A stretch of 61,516 nucleotides of DNA, filler included, from Actinomycetota bacterium (GTDB taxonomy: Bacteria > Actinomycetota > Acidimicrobiia > IMCC26256 > VFJJ01): NCBI GenBank assembly GCA_009886115.1. It is 5 parts of 5 records of this genome, joined end to end, with 100 filler letters (N's around TTAATTAATTAA, not from the genome) between each part and the next. Parts side by side here need not be neighbours in the genome. Positions count along the whole stretch, not along the records: positions 54,673 to 61,516 come from VFJJ01000117.1; 4 more parts are not named here. The stretch is one strand, 5' to 3'. Within the stretch, counting starts at the first letter, position 1; every line of letters starts with the position of its first letter. The position numbers were made by a program, and so were the translations under genes. Shown here piece by piece: positions 61,017-61,516 of this stretch. The notes under the pieces are model-generated. The model had not been told where the DNA came from. It searched no databases and worked only from the letters and a program-made list of their open reading frames with translations.

Positions 61017-61146
61017 CGCACCATCTTGACGCGCCACGCGACATGATGGTGACCAAGCCCGGCTTCGAGGCCGCTCGGGCTCGCTGCCCGGCCCCGCACC
61101 GTCGCTGTGCCGAGCCCGTCCCGTCGGCCCAGGAGGTCCCGCGCCC

Positions 61147-61329
61147 ATGACCGAGCCCTTGCCCTGCCCTCGCTGCGGCGGTGCGCTCTCGTCGGCGTTG
61201 TACGGACCGTGCCCGGCGTGTCGGACCGACCTCCGGGCCCGCTCCGTGCGCCAGTCCGAGCTCCTCGAGGTCGCGGCATACGAGCCCAGGATGAACGTGG
61301 TGCCCAACCAGGTTGCCACCAAGGACTGA
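61147..61329 (+). CDS. Small CxxC-CxxC zinc-ribbon-like protein
   Basis: AGGAGG RBS; CPRC...CPAC in 60 aa. Confidence 0.7.
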   Translation: MTEPLPCPRCGGALSSALYGPCPACRTDLRARSVRQSELLEVAAYEPRMNVVPNQVATKD

Positions 61330-61440
61330 CGGACCGAATTCCGGGCTGCGCTCCCACGGAGGCCTCCCGATGGCCGATAATGGGTCCGTGCACCTCCCCC
61401 AACGTCGATCGGTGCCCGCTTCAACCCGACGGCAGCGGTC

Positions 61441-61487
61441 CGCGCCCCGTGTCGCGCCCCGTGTCGCGCCCCGTGTCGCGCCCCGTG
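61441..61487 (+). repeat. 12-bp tandem repeat CGCGCCCCGTGT, about 4 copies
   Basis: Read directly. Confidence 0.85.
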
Positions 61488-61516
61488 GTCGCGCCACCCG
61501 CGCCGTCCGCGCCGTC

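Overview
High-GC actinobacterial DNA, probably Acidimicrobiia-like (an inference from gene content). It consists of five contigs joined by N-run/TTAATTAATTAA linkers, so adjacency across those linkers is not biological. Contig 1 (1-10560) has an arsC reading in frame with an upstream MIP-like membrane segment, a 1354-aa secreted putative glycoside hydrolase with 8 Calx-beta repeats, two lipoproteins, an ExeM-like nuclease and a partial PstS-like protein. Contig 2 (10661-28049) is an accessory, decaying region: three class III cyclase-STAND ATPase genes (one broken, one cut by the contig end), two paralogous P450s, TadE/TadG, two GT1 glycosyltransferases, a methyltransferase, many pseudogene scars and an IS21 end. 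Contig 3 (28150-49243) has a toxin-antitoxin pair, a tRNA-Ala 3' half that looks like an att site, metabolic genes (amidohydrolases, aldolase, LLM oxidoreductase, form II CoxL-like protein, sulfotransferase), rsfS-nadD, CoxE/CoxD-like genes and an IniB-like start. Contig 4 (49344-54572) is a type II Wadjet-like locus in the non-canonical order C-A-B-D with an altered Walker B motif. Contig 5 (54673-61516) has DUF523, an F420 LLM oxidoreductase, an inositol monophosphatase, a CxxC-thioredoxin fusion protein, fdhD and mobA. It also holds the best hidden signal: a UGSC-type selenoprotein that the ORF track splits in two, with an in-frame TGA followed by a SECIS-like hairpin. All family assignments come from motif recognition; no database searches were run.
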